Program-made: the position numbers and the translations under genes
The notes under the pieces: generated by a model
What the model was told of the DNA's origin: nothing
What the model saw: the letters and a program-made list of their open reading frames with translations, nothing else
Database searches by the model: none
Shown here: positions 27,515 through 36,522 of the stretch, piece after piece
How positions within the stretch are numbered: position 1 is the first letter of the stretch
How the letters are laid out: each line of letters starts with the position of its first letter
Assembly: GCA_039798785.1 (NCBI GenBank)
Contig: JBDKFG010000004.1
Location: 1 to 64,000, forward strand
Direction: 5' to 3'
From: Verrucomicrobiota bacterium
GTDB taxonomy: Bacteria; Verrucomicrobiota; Lentisphaeria; Lentisphaerales; Lentisphaeraceae
DNA length: 64,000 bases

Positions 27515-28138
27515 TTAGGGGTTATGGGGGAAGAGCAGCATCAAGCCGAATCCAAAGGCCTTGGCCGAGCCGAAACCCTGCCGCCAAGCCTGTCGGAACA
27601 GCGGCGTGTCCAAGACTTCCAACGCGCCCTGGAACTCGACCACTGCGTGACTGAGGGTGCACTCATCGCGGCGCCCGCAACGCCAGCTCCCATTGGCAAT
27701 CAGTGCCTCGCCGAGAAGCTGGCAGCCGCTGGCTCCGAGCTTGCGCCGCAGCCAATTCTGCAGTTCTTCCTGAGTTTCGAGGGCGACCCGACGTCCGTTT
27801 TTGCTCACGCGTCCCGAGCCATCAGTCCGCAGTTTCTTGCTTGGGTTGGCGGTCAGGGCGAAGCGGTAGCGCCGAGCTGCGGGGAATTCCGCCGGCAGTT
27901 CGCGGCTCTGCCAGCGGCCAGCCTGAGACCAGTCCGGAAAAGCGGGAAGCACCGACGAGAGCAGGAAGAGATCGAGGAAATCGCCGGATGCCTGCCAGCG
28001 GCAAAGGAAGGGGCGGGACTGATCGTTGTGCCCCGGGAACAAATTCCACAGAGCCTGGTGCCAAGCGTAGCTGTCGCGAGGACAATAGCGAGGCAGGGCG
28101 GAGACGGGAATGCGGCCATGGCTGAGGTAGTGGCTCAT
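27515..28138 (-). CDS. cas6: Type I-E Cas6e (CasE/Cse3)
   Basis: 'Y.WHQALW.LFP', 'FALTANP', Gly-rich 'GFGSAKAFGFGLM'. Confidence 0.95.
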   Translation of the reverse strand: MSHYLSHGRIPVSALPRYCPRDSYAWHQALWNLFPGHNDQSRPFLCRWQASGDFLDLFLLSSVLPAFPDWSQAGRWQSRELPAEFPAARRYRFALTANPSKKLRTDGSGRVSKNGRRVALETQEELQNWLRRKLGASGCQLLGEALIANGSWRCGRRDECTLSHAVVEFQGALEVLDTPLFRQAWRQGFGSAKAFGFGLMLLFPHNP

Positions 28139-28638
28139 CGCGCGGCCTCCTGAGTCCAGTAGTTTTTGCCCCAGTTCATTTTCACCTTGTCACCCCAGAA
28201 GAGGAGATCGAGGTAGAGGCCGACGAGGTCGATCTCAGCGTCACCTCGCATCCGCAGGGCGACTGGGATGAGGCGCTCGGCGATCTGTGAACGCTCCGCG
28301 TCGAGCAGCCACATCAACCGCCGCGAGTAGCTGCTGCTTGGCTCGAGGGCCTGCGCCCCCACTTGCCCCCAAGCGAAATCCCGCCAAGTGCTGGCAAAGC
28401 AGATCCTGCGCGTCGCCGGTTTCATGCCGCGGGCGAAGAGAAGGCAGAGGCAGCGCCGGATCCCTTCCTGGTGGCTGAACCCGGCAGCGCCCAAGGGCAC
28501 AAGCCATGGCAGGGCGCGGTTCCGGCCGGGTTCGCTGCAACAGCGACGCAGCTCCGACAGGGCCCGACGATCCTCCTGCAACAACAGCAATTGCGCCACC
28601 CAGGTCGCGGCTTCCCGTGACAAATTCTCAGCGCTCAT
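28135..28638 (-). CDS. cas11: Type I-E small subunit Cas11 (Cse2/CasB)
   Basis: 167 aa helical protein between cas8e and cas6e; 'LSELRR', 'RRL..LL.AE', 'ID...LY.DL..W...VK..W...YW'. Confidence 0.85.
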   Translation of the reverse strand: MSAENLSREAATWVAQLLLLQEDRRALSELRRCCSEPGRNRALPWLVPLGAAGFSHQEGIRRCLCLLFARGMKPATRRICFASTWRDFAWGQVGAQALEPSSSYSRRLMWLLDAERSQIAERLIPVALRMRGDAEIDLVGLYLDLLFWGDKVKMNWGKNYWTQEAAR

Positions 28639-30103
28639 GCGAGGCCTCCTTGCCGCGACGCGGCGAATTGTCGAGTTTTCTGAGACCGTGAATCCAAGCG
28701 AAACGACGCCGCAGAGTTGCGGACGGGCAAGCAAAAGCAAAGGCTTTTCTCGCCGTCTCCACCACGAGTCTTTGCCAAGCCGACTTTTTCGCCTCGATCT
28801 CGGCAAGCTCTTGAGCTCCGGCCCAAGCCCGCAATTGATCTTGCCGTCTTTCGAGCTCCTGCCAGAAATAGTGTTTTGCTTTTCCCTCTTCGGGATGGCT
28901 GAGCGCCCCGGAAACGATGCAGACGCGGTAGCTTTTGCAGGCTTTAGACAGGGCTCTTTCCCAGCGCTCCGCCAAGGCAATCCCCTCTGAGTATCGACGG
29001 CATCCTGCCTCGCCGAGCAGGGCGGGATCGAGTTCGAGCAGAGTTTGCCGCTCGCCGAGGATTTTCGATTGACGACAGTTCAAGGCGCCGAGCCAGAGGC
29101 GCGCCGGCTCCCCTTCCCCGATCCGCCCCAGGGCCTTCACCCCTCCCCTCCCCGCTTGTTTCACCGCGGTGAAGGCCGGCACCTGCTGCCAGACCGGCGC
29201 GCCCTTGCTGCTGAGAATTTTCCCGCCTGCTTGAGTCAGGCTCATCAGCGCCGGGAGACTGCGCGGGTAGGACAAGCCGTTACCGAGAACGAGATGCTTA
29301 CGATCGGGGTTCAAGAGGATTGAGCGGCTAAGGGGAATCAAGCGTCCGAGATAGCTGCGGGTCGCGTTGCAGATCGCTGCGTGATCTTCGTAGCCCTGCG
29401 GCATCTGCTCCCACAGTGCCTTGCCCCAATTCGTCCAGCCCTGATCCGCCACTTGGGCCCGCGTCGGCAGGTTGAAGATGAGTGTATGCAAAAGCGTCGG
29501 GCGCTGGACAATCGCGTGCCAGGCACCGTCGACCCCGTAGAGCGCCGCCTCGGATTTCTTCTCCATGCCGCTGGCGTGGCCACGCCAGTTGACGATGCCG
29601 ATCAAGCCGCCGGGGGAAAAACACTGGTAGGTGAGAAGCCGCAACGCCAATTCCGCGTCGCGATAAGTCCGCGGAATGGCTTGATCGAAAGAGTTGTCAA
29701 AAAGACAGGAGTTGCTCCCAGCAGCTGCGGCAAAATCGAGCTTGCTGGCCATGTTGAGCTTGCGATCGGCTTGGGTGTAGCGCAGCCCCGGCAACTGTAG
29801 AAAGGGTTTGTCCTCGCTCCACAGGTCAAAGCAATCCCGCCACTTGGCGAGGTAAGAACTCGCCGCCACGGGCAGGGCCTTGGGCAAATTGCACCAGTCT
29901 TCGTAGGTCGCCGGCCCCTCCACCGCGGCATGGGCGATGGCCGCGAAGAGCGCCATCAGGCTGATCCGTTCACAAGGGGAAACGATGAGATCGAGGATCT
30001 CCGGATCGGTGAAAATCCGTTCGAGTCCGACTTCTTCCTGAACCCCCGATCGACTCACAACCGGGATCCACTTTTCGCTCACAAGGTTGAAGTGTCTGCT
30101 CAT
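28628..30103 (-). CDS. cas8e: Type I-E large subunit Cas8e (Cse1/CasA)
   Basis: 'FNLVSEKWIPV', 'FDL.....PFLQ', 'LLTYQCFSPGG', 'TLIFNL'. Confidence 0.93.
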   Translation of the reverse strand: MSRHFNLVSEKWIPVVSRSGVQEEVGLERIFTDPEILDLIVSPCERISLMALFAAIAHAAVEGPATYEDWCNLPKALPVAASSYLAKWRDCFDLWSEDKPFLQLPGLRYTQADRKLNMASKLDFAAAAGSNSCLFDNSFDQAIPRTYRDAELALRLLTYQCFSPGGLIGIVNWRGHASGMEKKSEAALYGVDGAWHAIVQRPTLLHTLIFNLPTRAQVADQGWTNWGKALWEQMPQGYEDHAAICNATRSYLGRLIPLSRSILLNPDRKHLVLGNGLSYPRSLPALMSLTQAGGKILSSKGAPVWQQVPAFTAVKQAGRGGVKALGRIGEGEPARLWLGALNCRQSKILGERQTLLELDPALLGEAGCRRYSEGIALAERWERALSKACKSYRVCIVSGALSHPEEGKAKHYFWQELERRQDQLRAWAGAQELAEIEAKKSAWQRLVVETARKAFAFACPSATLRRRFAWIHGLRKLDNSPRRGKEASHER

Positions 30104-32484
30104 TTTTCGTCCTCCTGTTTGGTGTTTAGACCCAGCTCGGAATCATAGAAAAACTCGGCGCGTGCTTCGGGCAGTTCGAGTCTGCCCGCCTCCCCTAGCA
30201 CCACCCAAAGCGGCTCCGGTTCCCAACTGGCTTGCGCCGATTGCGGCAGGCGCACGATGAAGGGAAAAGCGGCGCGGAGGAGTTCGGCTTTGGGGGCTGA
30301 GAATTTCAGAACCCGGCCATCGAGGAGGCGGACTCCCTCGGAAGACTGGGCGGCAACCAGGACAACTTCGCGAGTCGGGTAGGAGTCAATACGAGTCCCC
30401 GGCGGCTTTTGCGCCCGCCAATCGCGATTCGCCCAGATCGCCGCCGCGCCCCGAGATTGATCGGCATGGTCCTGTTCGTGACGAAGCTGCGCCTGCCGCA
30501 ATTCCCGCCAGGCATCGGGTTCATCGACCGACGCGTCCTCATAGATCTCCTGAACCAGTGAGGCGATGTCCTGCGGCAGCCGCAACATCACCCGGAATTC
30601 CAGGGCGCTCAGGGTGCGCAGAAGAAGGTAGGGCGAGTAGATTTTGGACCGCGGACCGAAGCAATCCTTTATCTCTTTGACCTCGGCCCGTCGCAGTTCG
30701 GCAAGGGTCAGAGTCTCGTCCATCAGCCAGCACTCGGCCTGGCGGCGCGGACGCTCGGGACGCGGATGACGCCAGAGTCGGCCGATGCGTTGCAGCAGGG
30801 CGTCGCCGGGGCAGAGGTCGGTGACCAGGAGATCGGCGTCGATATCGAGACTCTGCTCAGCGATCTGGGAGCAGACAAAGATGCATCCCTCCTTCGGGCG
30901 CGAGCCGTTTTTCCCCAAGCTCGCCAAGAGCAGTGCCTCTTTTTCGGCCCGATCCTGCGGGGTGAAACTGGCGTGCAGCAAGGTCTTCAGCCCCCTCCCC
31001 TTCAGCTGCCGGTAGAGGTTTTGCGCGACCCGCACCGAGCTGAGGATCCAGAGGACTTTGGCTCCCGCTGCGGCAGCGGCTTCGACCTCCGCGACCAAGT
31101 GCGTTGGGGCTTTTCGACTCAGCCAGACCACGGGGCGCAAGGAGTAAGGAGCCGGAGGATTCGGCGGCATATCCGGCAAGAGGATTTGGCGTCGGCTGGC
31201 GCTCAAGGTGGCGGAAAGGACGATGATCCGGCAGCCGAGACCTTCAAGAAGGCGGAGGAGTCGCTCGACCAGGCTGCCGGTGTAGGCGTCGTAAGAATGG
31301 ATTTCGTCGAGGATGATCACCTTACCCAGAAGCGCGAAGCGGCGGATCTGGAAGTGCCTGGCAGCGATCACCGCCAGGAGCAATTGGTCGATGGTGCCGA
31401 TCCCGATCGGAGCGAGCAAGGCGCGGTGCGCCGAGGCAAACCAGTCGCGGCAGAGCGGCGAGATCTCGCCGTTTGCCTGCGGCTGCTGTTCACTGAGCCA
31501 GGACGCGGCGTGAATCATTTTGATCCGGCTGCTCGAGATTTTGGCGACAAAGGCCTCGAGTCGCGGCAGCAGTGCCTGGCAGCTCGCCCGGGTGGGCAAG
31601 GCGAAAAAGAAGCCGCTGGACTCACCCTCTTGGAGGAACTTGTAGGTGAGCGCCAGGGCCAGTTCGGTCTTGCCTCCCCCCATCGGCGCCTCGATCAAGA
31701 CCGGCCCCCTCCCCTGCTCCCTCGCCAGGAAGTCGGCCTGCCAGCGACGCGGCGGCATCTCGAAAAGTCCTGCGAAGTCGAGTCCGGACTTCAACTCCAT
31801 CGGGAAGAATCCGTAGCGATCCAGCGCCATTGCCGCGACTTTTTGCGCTTCGGGCAAAGGCAGGGCGAGATCGGGATCGAAGACCGCTTCATCCGAGCCG
31901 AGCCAATCACAAACCGAGATCAATCCGGCGATGGCGAAGAGCCGTTCGTCGTTTTGTTGCCAACCCGAGGGCAGTTCCGGCGAACCGAAGGCGGCGTAGA
32001 GGGCCTCGATAATTTCGACCCGTTCCTGCTGCCATTCCTTGCCACGAGCGCCAGGGTTGTTAATCGGGGCGCCGAGTTCCTGCCAATACAGCACTCCGTG
32101 GTGGAGGCCGATCATCGCCGAAAAGAGAGATGCGTCGGACGCGGACATGCCCTTGGCGAGGAACCAGTCGTAGAGTGCGGACTGGCTGACCTTTTCATGG
32201 CCGTGTTGTTTGAGCTCTTCCCAGCCTTCCCGCAAGGCCAGATCTTCCAGGCCTTCTCGGGCCAGCCAGATCGGGCTTTTGCTAAGGAAGCCCGGCGAGT
32301 GTTTACCGACATCATGTCCCGCGGCCAAAAAGGCCAGAAACTCCGGCGACAAGCCCAAGGCTTTGGCCTGGGCTGGGCAGCGCCGCAGCCAGACCATGGC
32401 CACAGCCCCGACATGGATACAATGCTCAAACACCCCGATTCCCGGCTCGCCGGCTTTGTTGGTCTTGGCCCAGTTGCGTTTCAT
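30100..32484 (-). CDS. cas3: Cas3 HD-nuclease/helicase
   Basis: HD domain (H..., 'HDVGK', 'GLHHG', 'CDWLGS') and SF2 motifs 'EAPMGGGKTE', 'GTIDQ', 'DEIH', 'SAT', 'QRIGRLWRH'; start ATG 32484 with GGAG RBS. Confidence 0.96.
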   Translation of the reverse strand: MKRNWAKTNKAGEPGIGVFEHCIHVGAVAMVWLRRCPAQAKALGLSPEFLAFLAAGHDVGKHSPGFLSKSPIWLAREGLEDLALREGWEELKQHGHEKVSQSALYDWFLAKGMSASDASLFSAMIGLHHGVLYWQELGAPINNPGARGKEWQQERVEIIEALYAAFGSPELPSGWQQNDERLFAIAGLISVCDWLGSDEAVFDPDLALPLPEAQKVAAMALDRYGFFPMELKSGLDFAGLFEMPPRRWQADFLAREQGRGPVLIEAPMGGGKTELALALTYKFLQEGESSGFFFALPTRASCQALLPRLEAFVAKISSSRIKMIHAASWLSEQQPQANGEISPLCRDWFASAHRALLAPIGIGTIDQLLLAVIAARHFQIRRFALLGKVIILDEIHSYDAYTGSLVERLLRLLEGLGCRIIVLSATLSASRRQILLPDMPPNPPAPYSLRPVVWLSRKAPTHLVAEVEAAAAAGAKVLWILSSVRVAQNLYRQLKGRGLKTLLHASFTPQDRAEKEALLLASLGKNGSRPKEGCIFVCSQIAEQSLDIDADLLVTDLCPGDALLQRIGRLWRHPRPERPRRQAECWLMDETLTLAELRRAEVKEIKDCFGPRSKIYSPYLLLRTLSALEFRVMLRLPQDIASLVQEIYEDASVDEPDAWRELRQAQLRHEQDHADQSRGAAAIWANRDWRAQKPPGTRIDSYPTREVVLVAAQSSEGVRLLDGRVLKFSAPKAELLRAAFPFIVRLPQSAQASWEPEPLWVVLGEAGRLELPEARAEFFYDSELGLNTKQEDEK

Positions 32485-32529
32485 GTGGAGATCTCCGTTG
32501 TGTTTTGTAGCGTCTATGCCCCAACTATG

Positions 32530-32578
32530 TTGCAAATCGTCTTGATTTGCAAGGCTAAAAATGCATTTTGTTGCAAAA
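32530..32578. promoter_or_regulatory. Operator-like palindromes in the divergent cas3/HTH promoter region
   Basis: ttgcaaatc-N5-gatttgcaa (32530-32552), aaaatgcatttt, and a further ttgcaaaa. Confidence 0.55.
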
Positions 32579-32604
32579 TTTTTCGGATAGGCTAGCTTTG
32601 CCCC

Positions 32605-32958
32605 ATGAGACTCAACGAAAACGAACAGCAAGCGCTCAAGGAGTGGCTTAAGCACCGCAGCTACAGAGATGCTGCGGCGCAACTTGGTGTCAATTTCACC
32701 TCAATCGGTCGTTGGCTGAATGGCAGCGGCATGCATCCGGCCCAATACGACACGCTGATCAAACAGCTTCAGCCCTACTTGGCTTCCTCCCCGACTCCTT
32801 CGGCGCCGATCCGCCCGAGCTTGCGAGAGTGTTATGAGCGCCTTTGCGCCCTGGAAGACAACCAAGCTCCCATGCTCCCCTTGATCTTGCACAGTATCAA
32901 GACCTGCCCTCTCGGTGACGGCCCGAGCTCACAATCGCCGAAATCCAGCCTGCACTGA
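32605..32958 (+). CDS. XRE/Cro-like HTH regulator divergent from cas3
   Basis: 'SYRDAAAQLGVNFTSIGRWLNG' HTH. Confidence 0.75.
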   Translation: MRLNENEQQALKEWLKHRSYRDAAAQLGVNFTSIGRWLNGSGMHPAQYDTLIKQLQPYLASSPTPSAPIRPSLRECYERLCALEDNQAPMLPLILHSIKTCPLGDGPSSQSPKSSLH

Positions 32959-33226
32959 CTCCCTTCTAATGTTTCCTTCTTCGAGTTTTCGCATGCGAAA
33001 ACCAACGATCTTTATCACCTCGCTCCCGAAGGCATGTCTCACGCGAAGTCGCGAAAGCGCGAAGGGGCCTCTACTTCAAACTCCCTCTCGGCGACCTCCC
33101 AAGCTCACAATCGCCGAAATCCATCCTTCGCAAGGTTTCCGTCCTCGAGTTTTCGCATGCGAAAACCAACGATCTTTATCACCTCGCTCCCGAAGACATG
33201 TCTCACGCGAAGTCGCGAAAGCGCGA
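32911..33226 (+). repeat. Imperfect direct repeat of ~140-150 bp, each copy carrying a parS-like palindrome
   Basis: About 32911-33062 vs about 33087-33226 share agctcacaatcgccgaaatcca and a nearly identical ~80-bp block. Confidence 0.85.
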
Positions 33227-33526
33227 CTCAAACGAACGACTTTTGTCACTCCGGTCCAAAATGCTGATCTGACCCCATGCCACAAAAGCGCGAAGGCATT
33301 TGGGATGCAACTTCAACCTCCCCGCTGACTCTCCACCTTGAGTCGGGCTAGACCCAAGCGGGTCTCTGTTCAAGCAGAGGAGCACAGGTCGGATCTTTTT
33401 CGCATGCGAAAACCAGAAGACTTAGCCGAGCGAGATCACCCCAATAACAGGCCGCGAAACTGCACAGCCGCGAGCATCCCAAGGAAATTCCCGGATCCGC
33501 CACACCCCACTTTTCGCATGCGAAAA
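32985..33526. promoter_or_regulatory. parS: Cluster of four parS-like palindromes TTTTCGCATGCGAAAA
   Basis: Perfect palindromes at 32985-33002, 33149-33166, 33397-33412 and 33511-33526 upstream of parAB; a fifth lies inside parB. Confidence 0.8.
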
Positions 33527-34331
33527 CCCGGAGCTCGAGAACGTGCCTAATCTCGCCTCGGTTTGTCGGCGCTTGATTGCCGACAGAGTTCAGTTCGAAT
33601 ATAAAGCACCGCATCCAGGCAAAAGGCGCGGGCTTTCCCCAGTCCGATTGAGGTCAGGTCCGGAGGTAGGATGGTGCCACAATTCCATCCTGGCTTCCTT
33701 TCTGCCAGCTCAGCATGCATGGCAGAAGGGACAATGTTTCGGGTACTGATTTTGGTACATCATTTACTTGTCCTCGTTGATCGTGTCTATCTTCCAACAA
33801 GAGAATATCAGAAGCTCAACTGTCACGAGTTCTAGGTGTAGTCCCGGATTCCGCGGGTTGTTGAGTCATATGGCGGGAGCCGCAAACAAGTCGGGTGAAG
33901 CCGGGACTACAAACTTGAGCTCAAAAGAGGAGGGGGAGGGAGTGAGATGGAGCCCGCCACCGATTATCCATCGCGATAGAAGGGGAGGGGAGGGGAGGGG
34001 GTGGTCCACAATTCCCATTTACCCTCCCAGCACTCCTTGGCATCCCTTTGAGCCAAAGATGTCGCAGTGATGCCAAACGGATCTTTACGAAAAAGTTCTT
34101 TCGAGTCTTTCGTAGTAGAATCGCTTTCCGGCTTTAGCGGAATAGGGGAGGGGCCCGAGACCTAGTGGTCATGGAGATCCTTCCTCATTGCACCCCCCAT
34201 TTCAAAAAAATTCTCGCCAAGCGCTAAATTTCTCTACAAATCACCCGCATTGCCCCTAGCCATTGAGCGCTCTAGGCGCTAGACTCCAGAAATCGAAATT
34301 TACAACCCAAACCGAGACCGAAGGAGTCGCC

Positions 34332-35246
34332 ATGCCCATCAGCTTCACATTTTGCAACCAAAAAGGTGGCGTCGGAAAAACCACGCTGTCTTATCACCTC
34401 GCCCATTATCTCCAACAACTGGGTAAAAAAGTCTTGGTGGTGGACCTCGACGGCCAGGGCAATATCAGCTCTCGCTTGACCCCGGAACTCAAGCCCGGCT
34501 GTTATCGGAGCCGCCATCTCTTCGATGCCAAACTGGTCCCGGCGGAGATCATGCAGACCGAGTCGGGCATTGACCTGATTTATGCTCTCGACGGCGACAA
34601 TGAGCTGCACGGCATCGAAAAAGAAGACCTCAAGGTGATCGGCAACTTCAATCAGAATTTGGGTCAGCTTTCCGAGTCTTATGATTACGTCGTCATGGAC
34701 ACTCCTCCAGCTCCTGGAGTGAAATTGTTCGCCGGAGTTTTGACCGCCGACCATGTCTATGTGCCGGTGGAGTTGTCCGCCTTTGCTGTCTCGGGCGTCT
34801 CCCAGGTTCTGCGGAGCTTCGGCGTCTTGTCGCGACAGCTCAACACCCCGATCCGCTGCGCCGGCATCATCGTCAACAAATTCAACAGCCGGGTCGACTC
34901 GCATCACAAGGCCGTCGCCGAAATCCGCAAGGAATCGGGCAACCTGGTGATGAACTCCCAACTGGTGATCCGCGGCACCTTCGACAATGCGATGACCATC
35001 GGCAAACCCGTCTGGGATGTCCGCGCCACTGGAGCCCAACGAGAATCCGGACAGGAAATGGTGGCTTTGATGGAAGAGATTTGCACCAACAGCGGCATTG
35101 ATGTCAGCCAGCACCCCTCGCGTCAACACCTGGTGAAGAAGCCGACGCCGAGTCCTGCCGTCAAAGCGCCTAAGCCGTCGCCCAAAGCGAAAGCCAAAAC
35201 CAGCGCTCCCAAAGCCGCCGCCAAAACCGTCAAGAAGAAGGCTTGA
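34332..35246 (+). CDS. parA: ParA-family partition ATPase
   Basis: Deviant Walker A 'NQKGGVGKTT', 'VDLDGQGN', 'DTPP'; AAGGAG RBS; Lys/Ala/Pro-rich tail. Confidence 0.95.
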   Translation: MPISFTFCNQKGGVGKTTLSYHLAHYLQQLGKKVLVVDLDGQGNISSRLTPELKPGCYRSRHLFDAKLVPAEIMQTESGIDLIYALDGDNELHGIEKEDLKVIGNFNQNLGQLSESYDYVVMDTPPAPGVKLFAGVLTADHVYVPVELSAFAVSGVSQVLRSFGVLSRQLNTPIRCAGIIVNKFNSRVDSHHKAVAEIRKESGNLVMNSQLVIRGTFDNAMTIGKPVWDVRATGAQRESGQEMVALMEEICTNSGIDVSQHPSRQHLVKKPTPSPAVKAPKPSPKAKAKTSAPKAAAKTVKKKA

Positions 35247-35248
35247 TC

Positions 35249-36334
35249 ATGAAAAAAATCGACTTTTCAGGTTTGGCCTCCAGCATTGATGAATTGGAGG
35301 GGAGGGACCAAATGGGGAAAATCCTTTACCTCGACCCCGACAAAGAAATCCTTGTCAGCCCCCAGGTCCGCCGCGCCTTCCATGAAGTCGAGCGTCTCGC
35401 CGAGATGATTCTCAAGGAAGGCCAGACTGATGCGGTCAAGGTCCACCCGAAAGATCACACCGGCAGATACCCGCTTCTCCACGGCGAGAACCGTCAACGG
35501 GCCGTCTCGCTCTTGCGCTCGCAAGGACATCCGATTCTGCTCAAAGCCGAACTGGTGCAAAAGCCTTTGACCGAGTCCGAGCGCGTCGCCTTACAAGCGA
35601 CCAACAACATCCACCGCAACGACCTCAACCCGATCGAAATCGGCATGGCCTTGACCGATTACCGCCGGCTGCGCGAACAGGAAACCGGCCAGAAAGTGAC
35701 CAACGGCATGTTGGCGGAACGCTTTGGCCGGGACGATTCCTGGGTGTCGAAATACCTCGCGATGAGTGATCTGCCGGAATGTATCGTTTCCCTGGTCTTT
35801 AGCCGCCTCACTTCCGACATCGAACTCCTCGGCGATTTGAAGCAATATCACCGCCTCGACAAAGAGGCTTGCGAGAATTATTGCCAGGAGATCATCAAGG
35901 GCGACACCTCCCTCCTGACCCGGAAATACACCCGCAATTTGGTCGCTACCTTAAAAGGACGGGTCACGCCTCCGTCCGAAGAAAGCACCCCGAGCGACCC
36001 TATCGCCCCGAGCCTTCCGACACCTCAAGGGGATTCGGTCGAGTCGGCCAAAATTTCGCATGCGAAAATCACCGTCCCAGAGCCAGTCGAAGTCAAGCCG
36101 GCACCGCTCAATCTTTCCGCGCCCAACAAGGGAACGGGTAAAGCGAGCCCTCAAGGAATGCCCGCATTACATGTCCGTTTCAAGCTTGAAGGCAAGTCGA
36201 TCGAGGGGATTCTCCTTTCGCAAAAGCCAGAAGATGTTACCCTGGGCCTGGTCCAATACAAAAGCAAAGGCACCGCCGGGGTCGTGAGCTGCCAAGTTCC
36301 CTTGAAGGATCTCACGCTCTTGCGCTGGAGCTGA
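35249..36334 (+). CDS. parB: ParB/KorB-like partition protein
   Basis: 'QVRRAF', 'HGENRQRA' (GxRR-like CTPase box), 'NIHRNDLNPIE', HTH 'LAERFGRDDSWVSKYL'. Confidence 0.92.
   Translation: MKKIDFSGLASSIDELEGRDQMGKILYLDPDKEILVSPQVRRAFHEVERLAEMILKEGQTDAVKVHPKDHTGRYPLLHGENRQRAVSLLRSQGHPILLKAELVQKPLTESERVALQATNNIHRNDLNPIEIGMALTDYRRLREQETGQKVTNGMLAERFGRDDSWVSKYLAMSDLPECIVSLVFSRLTSDIELLGDLKQYHRLDKEACENYCQEIIKGDTSLLTRKYTRNLVATLKGRVTPPSEESTPSDPIAPSLPTPQGDSVESAKISHAKITVPEPVEVKPAPLNLSAPNKGTGKASPQGMPALHVRFKLEGKSIEGILLSQKPEDVTLGLVQYKSKGTAGVVSCQVPLKDLTLLRWS
36054..36067. promoter_or_regulatory. parS: parS-like palindrome inside parB
   Basis: TTTCGCATGCGAAA. Confidence 0.7.
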
Positions 36335-36402
36335 TTGGGGCAAAATCAGCCAGAAGGGGAGGGGCTCGCAGACTGGGGGCTTCTCTTTCCGGGCGAGTTT
36401 GG

Positions 36403-36437
36403 AAACCTTTACTAGCGGCGGGCGCTAGTAAAGGTTT
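36403..36437. terminator. Inverted repeat with 15-bp arms between convergent parB and fic
   Basis: aaacctttactagcg-gcggg-cgctagtaaaggttt. Confidence 0.65.
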
Positions 36438-36522
36438 TGGCGTTTTTCTTGACGAGTGGCTGGGTCTTATGTAGAGATCCTTACATAGCGAGGCGATCTT
36501 ATGTAAGGATAAGCGGATATCC

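Noticed and set aside
25709..30103. HNH-fused Cascade variant (Cas5-HNH or Cas8-HNH)
   Set aside because: Cas5 (~227 aa) and Cas8e (491 aa) have normal lengths with no HNH motif seen, and Cas3 looks intact.
33239..33276. Partner Tn3 inverted repeat at about 33276
   Set aside because: Only the outer ~12 bp match; the inner CTTAGCGT signature and a 5-bp target duplication are missing, so it is not annotated as an IR.
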